A stretch of DNA of 61,409 nucleotides, filler included, from an uncultured Thermoplasmatales archaeon (GCA_964517155.1; 4 parts of 4 records of this genome joined end to end with filler, not necessarily neighbours in it); one strand, 5' to 3'; positions 1 to 10,546 are shown, counted from the first letter of the whole stretch. The notes: generated from the sequence alone by a model not told the origin. Numbers and translations are program-made.

Positions 1-1164
1 AGTGTTGCCCGTAAATTAGATTTTTAGGGAGAAAACCCATAACGTTTTTTTACCAATCAAGAAAACGGGATGGATCTCTCCCTTGAGGTGAATCGTTCAA
101 CCATTTAAAAAACATCACGGTGACATACATCCTGAAACTTGGTTGCAGGATGGGATGTAAATCATGAAAAATAGGAAGAAAAGTAAGTATAGTGGAAAAA
201 AATATAAGAGATATAAAAAAGGTTTTTGGAAAAGATATAAGGGACAAAGAAAATGGAAGTACCATCATTGCATACTTGAGATGAAACGGATTTTAGATAA
301 GAAACCTAATCCTTACCATGTTCGTCCACCAAATACAGTTGGACGACCACCAGCAAATCCTAAGGATATTCTGATATTTCTGATGTTTAAGCAGTTATTC
401 TGTTTATCATACATAGATACTGAGAGTTTTTTATTGTGGATATGTGAGGATAAAAACTGGCTGATGGACTCTGTTCCTGATGCCAATACTGCTCAGGAGC
501 ATATACGTGATATCCCGCTTTCTTATCTTAAGGATATGTTGAAAGAAACTATTCGTTGTCTGAGTGATCATGAGGTGACGGTAATAATTGATGCGACAGG
601 GTTATCGTTGAATCAATATGGCCAGTGGATAACAGTGAGAAATAAAAAGAAAAAAGTCAAAAAGAAGTTTATCAAACTTCACCTGGCTTTGGATAAAAAG
701 AGTGGGAAAATCCTAGTGGGTATCTGTTCAAAAGGTTGGAAACATGACCATAAGTTCGGCGTGCAGATTGTCAAATCGTTGAGACGATCGCTTGCCAGAC
801 AAAAGACATCTATAGATATTGAGCTTTTAGATTCCGGGTATCTCTCCCGGGAGATGACAAGTGAAATTGAAAGATCCCATGCGACACCATATATCAAGAT
901 GAAAAAGAACTCTACCACAAGATCTGGGAGAAGTCCCTCTTGGAAAAGAAATATCCGTTATCAAAAGGATCAACCTGAAGAGTTCATGAAAGAGTATTGT
1001 TACCGCGTGGTGATTGAAGGTGTTATCTCTGCGTTGAAGAAACTATTTGGTTCAACGGTCTCTTCCAGAAAGAGACCTCATCAAAACGTTGAGGTATTAT
1101 GCAGGTTGATTTTATGGAATTTTATGCATTAAATAGGAGAAAAAATGAATTTACGGGCAACACT
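1..1164 (+). mobile_element. IS5-family (IS4-superfamily DDE) insertion sequence
   Basis: Perfect 17-bp terminal inverted repeats AGTGTTGCCCGTAAATT (1-17) and AATTTACGGGCAACACT (1148-1164) enclose one transposase ORF. The left flank lies outside the window, so no target duplication can be checked. Confidence 0.92.
164..1132 (+). CDS. DDE transposase, IS5-like
   Basis: Motifs IIDATG...KLHLALD, LLDSGY and the Y(2)R(3)E(6)K signature YCYRVVIEGVISALK. Confidence 0.92.
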   Translation: MKNRKKSKYSGKKYKRYKKGFWKRYKGQRKWKYHHCILEMKRILDKKPNPYHVRPPNTVGRPPANPKDILIFLMFKQLFCLSYIDTESFLLWICEDKNWLMDSVPDANTAQEHIRDIPLSYLKDMLKETIRCLSDHEVTVIIDATGLSLNQYGQWITVRNKKKKVKKKFIKLHLALDKKSGKILVGICSKGWKHDHKFGVQIVKSLRRSLARQKTSIDIELLDSGYLSREMTSEIERSHATPYIKMKKNSTTRSGRSPSWKRNIRYQKDQPEEFMKEYCYRVVIEGVISALKKLFGSTVSSRKRPHQNVEVLCRLILWNFMH

Positions 1165-1242
1165 GCATTATTTAATGACATATTCATTCTCGAGTTTTTC
1201 ATATTGTAATCTTTTATAATCTTTTGTAAATCTGCAAAAAAA

Positions 1243-1878
1243 TTAATTTAATTTTTTTTCAACAAGAATCCATATTTTGTCTTTGAAGAAGATCTTTGCA
1301 AAGATATTTTGCCCAGTTCTCTTTTGTTTGTAACCTACTTTTATTAATAGATGTTTGAAATTTATTGAAGGCGTATTTAGAAAAGATATAATCCCATAGA
1401 TAAATTTTTTATTTCTGTCTTTTGCAAATTTCTCTCCATGTTCTACAAGCTGTTTGCCCAATCCACAATATTGAAAATCAGGCAAAACCCCAAAGAATTC
1501 TATTAAGCACTTATCTTTGTCTACAGGACGCGATAAATATCCTCCAAATAGTATAGCCCTAATACTCGTTATTAACCCAAGTTTACTTATAAAAATCTTT
1601 AACAGAGAAAAAAAATCATAACGTATCTCATGAATACCTAGAGATATTGCTCCTGCAATCTTATCACCACATGTTGCAACAATAATATTTTCAAGAGAAA
1701 ATCTGTGCTCTAATTCGTCTATAAGTATTTTTTTTATTTCTTTAGAATTTTTACCAAAAACTGTTTGCATATCCTCTGAGAAACATGAAAGCATTACGTC
1801 TACAATACCTGGAATATCATCAGTATCTGCTTTTCTTATAACAAAGGAATGCATATTATATCTCATGAAAATAGACAT
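1243..1878 (-). CDS. GNAT family N-acetyltransferase
   Basis: N-terminal IRKADTDD and acetyl-CoA motif A GVLPDFQYCGLGKQL. Confidence 0.8.
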   Translation of the reverse strand: MSIFMRYNMHSFVIRKADTDDIPGIVDVMLSCFSEDMQTVFGKNSKEIKKILIDELEHRFSLENIIVATCGDKIAGAISLGIHEIRYDFFSLLKIFISKLGLITSIRAILFGGYLSRPVDKDKCLIEFFGVLPDFQYCGLGKQLVEHGEKFAKDRNKKFIYGIISFLNTPSINFKHLLIKVGYKQKRTGQNIFAKIFFKDKIWILVEKKLN

Positions 1879-2028
1879 TATTAAATCTTGCTTATATACA
1901 CAAAAAAATCGATTCTAGAAACAAAGATAACTAATTTTTTTAATAAATGCCCAATTTTAAACAAAAGTAATTTATACTTTAATAATAATTAATATATTAA
2001 GTTTTTATAAATCAGGGGGAAACAAAAT

Positions 2029-4530
2029 ATGAAAAAAATAATAAGTATTTTTGCCGTAGTTTTTTTAATAATAAGCGGGTTAGGAACTATTGGAACAAGT
2101 ATTAATGAAACAGAATCTGTATTTAAAACAACTTCAACAGATATAAGTTTTTCAAGACTTAGTTTAAAACAAACAGATGCTAATTATACAGAATTAGAAC
2201 TAGAAGATGTATCAACTTTTTTAATGGAGCCAGGTAAACCTGTACTTCCAAAAGTTGTAAAAACTTTTGAATTACCTTTTGGTGCAAAAAATGTTAATGT
2301 TGATGTAACAATAAGTGAAATTTTTGAAAAATATACAACAAAAGAAGTTCGTCCATCTTTGCAGATGTTGCCTCTAACAAATGTGGAAAAACCAGTTAAT
2401 TTGCAAATAAAAGATTTAGAAATATATAGCAGTGATGAACCTTATCCTTCAAGCTGGTATTCATATAGTCTTCACTCTGGTCTTAATAAAGATAACAAAA
2501 GAGTGACTTTTGTTGTAGTTCATCTGTATCCTGTTAGATATATTCCAAATGCTGGAAAAATACTGCAAGCAGAAAGTAGCAACATAAAAGTTACTTATGA
2601 ATTATCCCAAGATACTCTAAAAACTAGTACTGTTTCATATGATCTTGTAATTATTGCTCCTTCATTATTTGAACCTTATCTAGAAAAACTTGTCAATCAT
2701 AAAAATGATATTGGTGTTAAAACATTTTTAAAAACAACTGAAGAGATATATGCCGATTCCAAATATGATGGTGTCGATAAATCTGAAGATATAAAACTTT
2801 TTATCAAAGATGCAATTGAAACTTATGACATTACTTATGTTCTTTTAGTAGGAGGTCTTAAAAACCAGTTTTTAGCAAGGCCTAAAGATGATGCAAATCA
2901 AGGCGTTAAAGGCTGGTATCTACCTGTTCGCTATACAAATCTTTATGATCAACCTAAGTTTCCACTTAAATCCGATGATGATATTTTTGACCCTGGTGTT
3001 ATAAGTGATTTGTATTTCGCAGATATTTATGATGGTGAAGGAAACTTTTCAAGTTGGGATCCAAACAATGATGGTGTTTTTGCTGCTTGGGGTAAAAAAG
3101 GTGTTGAAGATGATGAAGACATTGACATGGTTCCTGATGTTTGTGTTGGCAGGCTTGCTTGTAGAAATATTAAGGAAGTAAAAACAGTTGTTGATAAAAT
3201 CATTACTTATGAAACAACTGAGATTGCTGACTCTGATTGGTTTAATACTATGACAGTCATATCTGGTGATGGTTTTTTAGATCAGGAGGATTGGGATATC
3301 CAATGGGATACAACAGGTCTTAAAAATGGTTATTACACAATTTATGCGCAAAGTTTTAACAAGGAAGATGAAGAAAGTCTTGTAGAGACCATTCAAATAA
3401 AAATTGACAGAGAGCAAAAAACATTTTTGACTTTTAAACATAATGATTATTTAAATCCTGATTTAGGCAGTGGTTATCCGGCTCCACCTATAGTAGAAAT
3501 TGTAACGGTTTCACCTGGAGATATTTTAGGTTATGATGATTTTACATATACTCCTGGTGAGGGCGAAGCATATTGTAACAATTTTAACCCTTGGGCAAAT
3601 ATAAGTTATGTAAACGGGGTTTTAACTATCCGTGGTAAATCTTATGATCCTAAGCCTTATGGAAATCTTACAGATATTCATGTTTGGATTAAAGACAAAA
3701 ATGGTGATGTTATATTTTCTGATTGGAGATATGATTTAGATATGTATTACGAGGGCGAGTGGACAACTGGTGAAAAAGCAATTTACGGCAGAGGCGGAGC
3801 TCTTTATTACATGGATGGTTTTGAAAAAGATATACTCTGGTCATCAAATGGAAGATACAGTAATCAAATGGATATTTTAAACGCTTTAAACAAAGGTAGT
3901 GGTTTTGTATTTATGTCTGGTCATGGAAGTCCTAACTCATGGGGTGATCACTATCCAGGTGTTCCTGGAAATAGACAACATGGGAGTACAGGTAGTTTAA
4001 CTGTTACAAATATTAGACCTTGGCCGCCATTTATATCATATCCTTTATATCCAATTGATAGTTTAAAAAATGGCGAAAAATTACCAGTAACTGTGATAGG
4101 TGGATGCCACAATAGTCAATTCAATGTTTCAATGGTACTTGGCGTACTTGACTTACTAGCATATTATTTCCCACAAGCAAAAGAACTTTATATGTGGTGT
4201 CATGGAGTACCAGTTCCTGAATGTATGGGTTGGAGATTTGTAAGAAGTCCAAACGGTGGTTCGATCGCCACAATCGGCAACACAGGTCTTGGTTATGGTA
4301 TGCCGGGTAAAGATCTTACAACAGGCGGTGGAGATGGCTGGATAACAATTGAATTTTTCAGGCAATACGGTGAAGAAGGACAAACTGTGCTGGGAAATGC
4401 TCACACTCAAGCAATTACTACTTATATACAGACACATGATATGAATGATTTTGAAGCAGGACATCCAAAAACTGTACAACAATGGGTATTACTTGGTGAT
4501 CCAAGTCTTCAAATTGGTGGTTATAAATAA
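2029..4530 (+). CDS. Secreted peptidase C25 (gingipain-like) with propeptide
   Basis: Signal peptide, propeptide PGKPVLP, YVLLVGG, VGRLACRN, catalytic His (SGHGS) and Cys (GGCHN), terminal LLGDPSL. Upstream SD GGGGG. Confidence 0.9.
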   Translation: MKKIISIFAVVFLIISGLGTIGTSINETESVFKTTSTDISFSRLSLKQTDANYTELELEDVSTFLMEPGKPVLPKVVKTFELPFGAKNVNVDVTISEIFEKYTTKEVRPSLQMLPLTNVEKPVNLQIKDLEIYSSDEPYPSSWYSYSLHSGLNKDNKRVTFVVVHLYPVRYIPNAGKILQAESSNIKVTYELSQDTLKTSTVSYDLVIIAPSLFEPYLEKLVNHKNDIGVKTFLKTTEEIYADSKYDGVDKSEDIKLFIKDAIETYDITYVLLVGGLKNQFLARPKDDANQGVKGWYLPVRYTNLYDQPKFPLKSDDDIFDPGVISDLYFADIYDGEGNFSSWDPNNDGVFAAWGKKGVEDDEDIDMVPDVCVGRLACRNIKEVKTVVDKIITYETTEIADSDWFNTMTVISGDGFLDQEDWDIQWDTTGLKNGYYTIYAQSFNKEDEESLVETIQIKIDREQKTFLTFKHNDYLNPDLGSGYPAPPIVEIVTVSPGDILGYDDFTYTPGEGEAYCNNFNPWANISYVNGVLTIRGKSYDPKPYGNLTDIHVWIKDKNGDVIFSDWRYDLDMYYEGEWTTGEKAIYGRGGALYYMDGFEKDILWSSNGRYSNQMDILNALNKGSGFVFMSGHGSPNSWGDHYPGVPGNRQHGSTGSLTVTNIRPWPPFISYPLYPIDSLKNGEKLPVTVIGGCHNSQFNVSMVLGVLDLLAYYFPQAKELYMWCHGVPVPECMGWRFVRSPNGGSIATIGNTGLGYGMPGKDLTTGGGDGWITIEFFRQYGEEGQTVLGNAHTQAITTYIQTHDMNDFEAGHPKTVQQWVLLGDPSLQIGGYK

Positions 4531-4564
4531 AGCCATCTTTTTTTATTTTTTTAAAAATATAAGT

Positions 4565-4990
4565 TTATAGTTTTGCTACAAACTCATCTACTTTTTCTTG
4601 CCATTCTTTGGGTAAACCATTTCCTTCTTTTACACCATCTCCAATCTTGAAATCTATCTCTGCAATTTTAATCATTTTTTTCTTATCAAGTATTTTCTCC
4701 ATCTTTGAAAGAGTGCTTTTTTTCATAGCATGAGTGTTAATTATAGTATATTTTTTATCTTGCAGGCCTTCAAGATTTTTCATAAAGGTTTTCATATCTC
4801 TTTGTATGCTAAATGCTTCTGTGGGTGCTGAAAATACGTATAAATCTGCATTAGGCATTGCTTTAGGATCTGCTTCATTTGTCTTAAGGATCTTTGTATC
4901 TGCTTTTTTGTCCTTTAGTTTTTTTGCAATATACTTTACTATTTTTTCTCCATTGCCGTATCTTGACCAATAAATAATTACACATTTCAT
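4565..4990 (-). CDS. Flavodoxin-like protein
   Basis: IIYWSRYGNGEKI FMN loop and DLYVFSAPT. Confidence 0.8.
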   Translation of the reverse strand: MKCVIIYWSRYGNGEKIVKYIAKKLKDKKADTKILKTNEADPKAMPNADLYVFSAPTEAFSIQRDMKTFMKNLEGLQDKKYTIINTHAMKKSTLSKMEKILDKKKMIKIAEIDFKIGDGVKEGNGLPKEWQEKVDEFVAKL

Positions 4991-5093
4991 AGTTACACAA
5001 AAAAGGAATTTAGATTCTTGTATAAAAGGTTAGTTAAATACCAATTTTTTTAAAATAAATTGTTAAATACACTTACTTTATTTTAAAAATCAT

Positions 5094-5711
5094 ATGGTAA
5101 TTGAACAAATCAAAGTAGGTTTTGATAACTTCAGCTATATTATATATGATACTCTAAACAACGAATCAGCTGTTGTCGATCCAAGTTTTGATATTAAAAA
5201 ACAAGTTGCTTTTTTAAAATCAAAAAATCTTGAATTAAAATATATCATCAATACTCATCATCATAGCGATCATACAAGTAAAAATAAGAAGTTAAAAGAA
5301 CTGTATCCAAAAGCAAAAATAACTGTCTCAGAAGTACATATAGATACATTTGATATAAAACCCGAGATTAAGGTTTCCAACGACTCGGAGTTAAAAGTAG
5401 GCAATATAATTCTTAAATTCCTACTAACACTCGGTCATACACCTGATGGTTTATGTATAATAATTGATAATAAAGCAATTTTAACAGGTGACACACTTTT
5501 TATTGATAATTGCGGTCGTGCAGATTTACCTGGTGGAAATATAATTGATTTGTTTAATAGTCTGCAAAAGATAAAACAGTTACCAGATAATTTAATTGTT
5601 TATCCAGGTCATGATTATGGGCCCAAACCTTTTGATAACCTTGGCAATCAGAAAAAAACAAATCCTACATTTCTTGCTAAAAATTTAGATGAATTTTCAA
5701 AAATACATTAA
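5094..5711 (+). CDS. MBL-fold metallo-hydrolase (glyoxalase II-like)
   Basis: THHHSDH, GHTPD, TGDTLF and YPGHDY motifs. Confidence 0.88.
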   Translation: MVIEQIKVGFDNFSYIIYDTLNNESAVVDPSFDIKKQVAFLKSKNLELKYIINTHHHSDHTSKNKKLKELYPKAKITVSEVHIDTFDIKPEIKVSNDSELKVGNIILKFLLTLGHTPDGLCIIIDNKAILTGDTLFIDNCGRADLPGGNIIDLFNSLQKIKQLPDNLIVYPGHDYGPKPFDNLGNQKKTNPTFLAKNLDEFSKIH

Positions 5712-5743
5712 AAATAAAGATGTTTATAAAAAAAAATAGTTTA

Positions 5744-5765
5744 TAAGGGATTAAAAAATCCCTTA
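5744..5765. terminator. Hairpin between convergent genes, possible bidirectional terminator
   Basis: TAAGGGATT-AAAA-AATCCCTTA, a 9-bp perfect stem with a 4-nt loop, between two convergent stop codons. Confidence 0.45.
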
Positions 5766-5798
5766 AGATTCTGTTTTTATATCTATATAACGCTAATA

Positions 5799-8639
5799 TT
5801 AACCTTCATTTATAGGTTCATATGGGTTAAATGCTGGATCTCCATAAAGCGTAAATTCAAAGTATGTAGTATATTTTGTTTCCTCATGTGCCCCATAAAC
5901 ATCAGGCGCATCAGCACTGCTACTAGACATAGACAATGGGGGAGTCCAAAACAGTTCCCAAGATGCATCTTCAGGAAGATATATGTTTTTAGCAAGTTTA
6001 AATGCCTCGCCTGAACTACAATCTTTTTCTTTCATAAAATCACATATATCTTCATATAGTTTGAAACCAAAATGAAGATCTGGATATATTCCCTTCTCCA
6101 CGTTCTTTTCCCATTGTTTGCGTGCTAGCCATACTGAAAAAGGTGTATCATACATCTTGTTTTTACCTGGTAAATAACCCCCAGGTATGTTTGAACCTGT
6201 AGTTGAAGCGATAATAGTTCCTACACCTGCATGAACATGCGCCATTACTACATTTTGTTCAGGATATACTCCATCTATTTTCCCACATGTACAACTATCT
6301 AAAAACATAAAGGATGGGCCCATATCAAGTCCTACTACTGATGAAGGAATATAATTTTTCCCAAGGCCAAACGACGGCCCGAGCCACCCGCCACCTATTG
6401 GTGTAAGTCTTCGAGTGATTTTCTCTATAATTTTACCAAATCCTGCAGATACAAGATCTGGACCATCCATACCATAAGTTGCAATTGCCCCATGACCATT
6501 TGCAAAGATATAATTACTGTTCTCCATGTATTCTCCGCCTTTTACAACATGATCACCTATCAAATTTCTCATATCTGATTTTCTCCAAAGTAGTTTGTAT
6601 AATATGTTACTACTCTTGATTTCATCTAGTTCTTTTTCACTGTATCCTTCTATCATACCTTCGGTTTTCAAAGCAAAGTTTACATCAAAACCCATCGCCT
6701 CAGCTGTTAGCTCTTTTATACGTAAACCACTTATTTCAGTAGCACCTGTTTCATGTTTCCACGGCCCATTAGCATCCATAAACCGAACAATGCCTTCAGT
6801 AAGCGGAATTTTACTTGCAATATTTTTAATTAAGCTGAAAACCCCAAACCATTTTTCAAGCGCATGTCTAATCAATGGCTTCTGATGATCAACACCATCA
6901 CCAATAATAACTGCAAAGTTATTCTTCCAGCCCTCCATATTTTCAATAATATCAGTATAAAAGAGGCTTCTGAGTATTAATGCGTTTGCATCTTGGGCAT
7001 CCCATGCAGCTACACGACCAACAACATTTTCCATATGCGGAAAATCACTGTATATATCCTGTGCTTTATTGGACCAATCATATTTCACAGGATCAATATT
7101 TCCATATATAGTATCACTTGCTGTTCCTCCACCCCCCATGGCATATGCTGTGTCATCTATTCCATCGCCATTTATGTCGCCAAACGGCTCTAAAAGATTT
7201 TGATATATGTATTGTGGAATAACTGTTGGATCACCAACTATTGCAATACTAAAATCCTTTTTATCAAAATAATCGCGTAAATATTTGAGGTCACCAACAT
7301 AAGTTTTTTCATCTAAAGTCATACATGCAATTTTTGCTAAAACATTATTTAATGGCATATGAATATTATCATAAACGTGTTTGTTGGAAATTGTTGTTAA
7401 TTCTTGATTGTAGCGAGGCATATAAAAACCTGGTATTTTTTGACCGTTTTCATTTCTAATATTATCATTTGCTGTAAAAGCAAAATCTGATTTACCAAAT
7501 ATTAAACCTTGATGAAACGCAGTTAGATAAGGAGCCAAAGTAGAAAGTCCTTTCATCATTGGATATACAGGGTTCTCCAATTTTTCTATAGTAACAACAG
7601 CTGATTCATCAGTTGGACCATAAATATTGTATTTAACCCCACCTCGACCATATATTACAGATTCCCTATAAAAGTTATATCCTACTATGTTTCCTTTTGT
7701 ATCTCTTATTCCCATAGCATGACCTCCATCTGTTACCTCATTTTGTTGTAAAACTGGATGAATATCCTTTAAATCTGCTCCAATTGTAAAGCTTATGGGT
7801 TTATCTGAATTTGATTCAATTTTTACCAAAGCATAAGTATAATCTGTAGGTATAGTAAAAGACCAATCTTCAGATTTTTCTCCAAAATATATTTCAGTAG
7901 AATCTAAAACCTCAGGCATATGTGCATCTGCTGGATTTGTAAGAGTAAGATAATTTATATCACCAAATTTTTTCATAAGTATCCGAATTTGTGCATCAAC
8001 GATTTCATCTACATTGTTAAATTTTAAAGTATCTCCATAACCCAAAAGGTTTTCCCCACAAACTATTGTTTTTTTAACATCAAGAGCCCTAAGAACCTCT
8101 GTTACTTCGTAATCAATATTATCAGTAACTATAACAGGAATGCTAAGATATGATGCAATAGGTGTTGCAATTAAACCAAGAAAATACCCACATTCATTAT
8201 TTTCAATTAAAATAGCTGCGTCACTGTTTTTCCAAAAATTTTGTGCGATTTCCAATGATACTTCTTTTGCTGATTTAGAGTCATCTATCAGATAATTATT
8301 GAAATTATACTTGTATAACTGACTCTTTATTTTTGTAACAGCATCAGAAGGATTTTCTAAATTTTCAACATATAACGGTATAGCTTCTTTTGTACCTTCT
8401 GCACCATAATGAACTGCCAAAGGTGTTGCAATCAACGGATAGAACGGATCAGTATCTGTCACAGTTATTGCTGTTGGTAAGTCTTTTAACTCTTTCATAA
8501 CACCATTTATATTTTCAAAATCTTTTGCTTCTGCAGAGGTTAATCCTTCTTGCACTGGGTTGTAATAATATATACCAACAGATGCTAGGACTAACATAAC
8601 TACTCCTAAAATTACTATAACTTTATCGTTTTTTTTCAT
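5799..8639 (-). CDS. N-terminally membrane-anchored C25-family cysteine peptidase-like protein with CWB2-like repeats
   Basis: N-terminal TM helix, IVGDP, VVGRV, FANGHG (His), FLDSCTCG (Cys) and terminal LYGDPAFNP. Confidence 0.75.
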   Translation of the reverse strand: MKKNDKVIVILGVVMLVLASVGIYYYNPVQEGLTSAEAKDFENINGVMKELKDLPTAITVTDTDPFYPLIATPLAVHYGAEGTKEAIPLYVENLENPSDAVTKIKSQLYKYNFNNYLIDDSKSAKEVSLEIAQNFWKNSDAAILIENNECGYFLGLIATPIASYLSIPVIVTDNIDYEVTEVLRALDVKKTIVCGENLLGYGDTLKFNNVDEIVDAQIRILMKKFGDINYLTLTNPADAHMPEVLDSTEIYFGEKSEDWSFTIPTDYTYALVKIESNSDKPISFTIGADLKDIHPVLQQNEVTDGGHAMGIRDTKGNIVGYNFYRESVIYGRGGVKYNIYGPTDESAVVTIEKLENPVYPMMKGLSTLAPYLTAFHQGLIFGKSDFAFTANDNIRNENGQKIPGFYMPRYNQELTTISNKHVYDNIHMPLNNVLAKIACMTLDEKTYVGDLKYLRDYFDKKDFSIAIVGDPTVIPQYIYQNLLEPFGDINGDGIDDTAYAMGGGGTASDTIYGNIDPVKYDWSNKAQDIYSDFPHMENVVGRVAAWDAQDANALILRSLFYTDIIENMEGWKNNFAVIIGDGVDHQKPLIRHALEKWFGVFSLIKNIASKIPLTEGIVRFMDANGPWKHETGATEISGLRIKELTAEAMGFDVNFALKTEGMIEGYSEKELDEIKSSNILYKLLWRKSDMRNLIGDHVVKGGEYMENSNYIFANGHGAIATYGMDGPDLVSAGFGKIIEKITRRLTPIGGGWLGPSFGLGKNYIPSSVVGLDMGPSFMFLDSCTCGKIDGVYPEQNVVMAHVHAGVGTIIASTTGSNIPGGYLPGKNKMYDTPFSVWLARKQWEKNVEKGIYPDLHFGFKLYEDICDFMKEKDCSSGEAFKLAKNIYLPEDASWELFWTPPLSMSSSSADAPDVYGAHEETKYTTYFEFTLYGDPAFNPYEPINEG

Positions 8640-8815
8640 TATTTTTATCCCCCATAATTAATTTATATTATTATATTAGTATATTTATATCTTTCTATAT
8701 AATAGTTTCTATTTTAATTAGACTAGCATATTAGACTTTATAGTATAATATTAATCTAGACAATACATTTAATAACAAAATGTATTATTACCAAAAAACT
8801 CATAGGAGAAAAAAC

Positions 8816-9187
8816 ATGACAGATGTTGAAATGTCCAAACAGCTGCAGGATCAGATAAACAGGCTGCAACAAATGAGAATGCAACTACAAATGTTAATGC
8901 AACAAAGACAACAAGTAGAATTAAGACTTAAAGAAACTCAAGAAGCAATTACCGAAATACAAAACACTGATGATAAAACAGCGATTTACAAAAGTATAGG
9001 TGCTCTCCTTATTAAAACAAAAGGAAAAACCGATGTTTTAAAGGAGTTAAAAGAAAACGAAGAATCTCTTGAACTTAGGAAAAATACTCTTGAAAAACAA
9101 GAAGGTAGAACCAAAGAAAAAGTAAATGAATTACAAAGCAAGATTCAAAATTCTTTAAATGTTTCTCAAGACTCTGAGGAGAGTTAA
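8816..9187 (+). CDS. pfdB: Prefoldin beta subunit
   Basis: Coiled coil-hairpin-coiled coil with IYKSIGALLIK. Start placed at the ATG after SD AGGAG. Confidence 0.93.
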   Translation: MTDVEMSKQLQDQINRLQQMRMQLQMLMQQRQQVELRLKETQEAITEIQNTDDKTAIYKSIGALLIKTKGKTDVLKELKENEESLELRKNTLEKQEGRTKEKVNELQSKIQNSLNVSQDSEES

Positions 9188-9190
9188 ACT

Positions 9191-9526
9191 TTGAGCAAAC
9201 CTTCTGATGAATGCAATAATGTAGATATTTTAGAAGAAAACAGACGATCACCTGCAAAATTTAAAGAAAAAACAAATATTTTATTTAAAATTCTTTTGGC
9301 AATTGGTTTTATTTTTATTGCCATATCTGCTATTTTAATGTTGATTTCATCAGAAGAAAACAAATATAATATTTTATCAGAAATTTTTCTTGCATTATCA
9401 ATTATTTTACTTGCTTTTTCAGCCATTATGTATTTTTTCAAAAGACAATTTGATAAAATTGCAGATATAGCGGATGAAATAGAAAATAGTGTTTCTGAAG
9501 AAGATTTTAAAGAAAAAAGCAGTTAA
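9191..9526 (+). CDS. Hypothetical two-TM membrane protein
   Basis: Two hydrophobic helices; starts 3 bp after pfdB. Confidence 0.6.
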   Translation: MSKPSDECNNVDILEENRRSPAKFKEKTNILFKILLAIGFIFIAISAILMLISSEENKYNILSEIFLALSIILLAFSAIMYFFKRQFDKIADIADEIENSVSEEDFKEKSS

Positions 9527-9539
9527 AAAATTATAGATT

Positions 9540-10376
9540 TTATTTTCCGTATCTCCTTTGTCTTTTCTGCACGGTTCTTATTGCTTGTAAAAAATCTCTT
9601 TTTTGAAATGCAGGCCAATATACATCTGAAAAATATAGTTCTGAATACGCAAGCTGCCATAGTAAAAAGTTTGATATACGCTCTTCACCAGATGTTCTAA
9701 GTATAATATCTGGATCAGGTATACCATTTGTATAAAGATATTTTGAAACAATTGGTTCTTTTATCTCTTCTATTTGTATTTTATTTTCTTTTACATCTTG
9801 TGCTATTTTTTGTATTGCTTGTATTATTTCTTCACGACCGCCATATGCAAGTGCTATGTTAAACGAGTATTTATCATATTTTTGGGTTTGTTGCATTATT
9901 TTTTTTGCTGATTCAGAGATATCTTTTGGTAGTGATTCAATATGTCCAATTACTCTTACTCTGACCTGGTTTTTATGTATTCTTGAATCTTTTGTAGCTT
10001 TGTCTAGCTCTTGTTTGCATAAGTTCATAAGTGTTTGTACCTCATCTGTACTTCTATAAAAGTTTTCTGTTGAAAAAGCATAAATTGTTAAATTTTTAAT
10101 CCCTAGCTCAAAACACCATTCTAGTACTTCCACTATTTTTTCTTTTCCTATTTGATGTCCTGCCTCTGGTTTTAAACCCAAATCTTTTGCAAAGCGTCTA
10201 TTTCCATCCATGATTATTGCTACATGTTTTGGCATAGGGTTTTGTTTTGTTTCATCTAAAAGTTTTATATCTTTAAAATCACTAATTTTTTTGGATACTA
10301 AATTGTATGCATCTGAATTGTAAATCATTGCACCTATTTTTCTTAATACACTGCTTTTTACAGCATATTCTTCCAA
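9540..10376 (-). CDS. uppS: cis-prenyltransferase (polyprenyl diphosphate synthase)
   Basis: HVAIIMDGNRR, YAFSTEN and RTSGEERISNFLLWQ. True start may be ATT at 10430. Confidence 0.95.
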   Translation of the reverse strand: MEEYAVKSSVLRKIGAMIYNSDAYNLVSKKISDFKDIKLLDETKQNPMPKHVAIIMDGNRRFAKDLGLKPEAGHQIGKEKIVEVLEWCFELGIKNLTIYAFSTENFYRSTDEVQTLMNLCKQELDKATKDSRIHKNQVRVRVIGHIESLPKDISESAKKIMQQTQKYDKYSFNIALAYGGREEIIQAIQKIAQDVKENKIQIEEIKEPIVSKYLYTNGIPDPDIILRTSGEERISNFLLWQLAYSELYFSDVYWPAFQKRDFLQAIRTVQKRQRRYGK

Positions 10377-10546
10377 GTCATTAATTTTTTTTCCGGCTAA
10401 ATCTTTTAGCGTAAGTTTTTTAATAGGAATTTTTTACAACCCCTGGTTTTAATCTATAATAATTGGTTGTATTTAAAAATGTTTGAAAAAGTAGATTATA
10501 TATTAAAAATATTATAGGAATACAAATTTTTTAGCTGAAATAAAAA

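Noticed and set aside
8715..8762. ATTAGACT direct repeat in the C25/pfdB divergent promoter
   Set aside because: Two 8-bp copies in very AT-rich DNA are too weak to call without comparative data.
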